Both the position numbers and the translations under genes were made by a program. The notes beneath the pieces were generated by a model that worked only from the letters and a program-made list of their open reading frames with translations, ran no database searches and had not been told where the DNA came from. A DNA stretch of 62,943 nt, filler included, from Folioceros fuciformis (taxonomy: Eukaryota), in NCBI GenBank assembly GCA_049999805.1. It is 15 parts of 15 records of this genome, joined end to end, with 100 filler letters (N's around TTAATTAATTAA, not from the genome) between each part and the next. Parts side by side here need not be neighbours in the genome. Positions count along the whole stretch, not along the records: positions 59,272 to 62,943 come from JBNGIO010002090.1; 14 more parts are not named here. One strand, given 5' to 3'. This document shows positions 62,201 to 62,943 of the stretch, one piece after another (the stretch's first letter is position 1; each line of letters begins with the position of its first letter).

Positions 62201-62943
62201 CACATTATGGGAAGAAGTTCTGAAGTCAGGGGCACAATAATAATCAGGGGGTCTTCTGTCACGAGTAGGATATCGCCGGACAGGTTCTGGCGCAGGAGGT
62301 GCTTCATCGGGTTCATCAGGTATGTCCTCAAGCGTGTCATCATCAGTATCAACTGCTCGGTCAGGTTGAGCAGCATCAGCATCTGTTTGTGTATCATCAG
62401 CTTCAGTGACTGGAGGAAATTGATCCTGTATGACTGGCTGTTCAGGCATAGTGGCTGCGTCATCTAGAGCTGCCTGTGCCTGTACTGCATATTCCCCACC
62501 AGCAGGAGCAATATTCTCAAGGGCTGGAGCTAGGGACTGAGTGTCATGGTCGAAAAGATCAAAATGAGTGACTGAGATGTCATCCTCATCGTCATCTGTA
62601 GCTGGAGGATTCTGCTGTGCTCCCACTGAAACCCAAGTGCGTGCCTCATTAAAGGTAACACTCCGAGCATAAAGAACTTTGTTAGTGGGAACATCATACA
62701 GTTTGTATGCTTTGATGCCCTCTGTATAGCCCGCATGAGTAGCTTTCTAGCTTTGTCTGAAAGCATCTTCCGCTTCTCTTTAGGGATAAAGGCGTAGGCA
62801 AGGCAACCAAAAGTCCTTAAATGTTTAAGAGATGGCTTCCTTCTTGTGAACACCTCATATGGGGTCTGTCCATTAACAGCGTTAGTACGTAACCTGTTGC
62901 GTAGGTAAGTGGAAGTCATAAGGGCCTCAGCCCAATATGGCAA
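59272..62943 (-). mobile_element. Ty1/Copia element 3' half: integrase C-terminus, RT, RNase H (stop at 60566), about 1-kb extra region, PPT near 59500, 3' LTR
   Basis: WAEALMTSTYLRNR, YKARLVARGF, YDVKTAFLHG, VYVDDL, DSDYAGD..RKS, EAEY and NPADILTK. One stop (61259) and one frameshift. PPT-like AAGTGGGAG on the minus strand. Confidence 0.92.

Overview
Eukaryotic land-plant nuclear DNA. Introns are compact (about 80-130 bp), which suggests a bryophyte or lycophyte, but the species cannot be determined. The window is 15 contigs joined by 14 identical artificial 100-bp linkers (N44-TTAATTAATTAA-N44), so adjacency across gaps is not evidence of linkage. Intron-containing host genes: two UMAMIT/WAT1 (EamA) transporters, plastid HisHF, a conserved uncharacterised plant protein, RUS6-like (DUF647), the 5' ends of two organelle-targeted genes, and an unannotated three-exon secreted peptide precursor ending in a phytosulfokine-like HTDYVYQGY motif. 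The three-exon gene is missed by the ORF track and is the most interesting signal. There is also a tRNA-Arg(TCG). AT-rich islands carry intronless genes: three RING-H2 ORFs, a mitochondrial ACP retrocopy and a CIPK-like kinase pseudogene. The rest is nested, decayed Ty3/Gypsy, Ty1/Copia and L1 LINE sequence. Its LTRs contain conserved hairpins (including a tRNA T-arm mimic), and two elements carry accessory ORFs.
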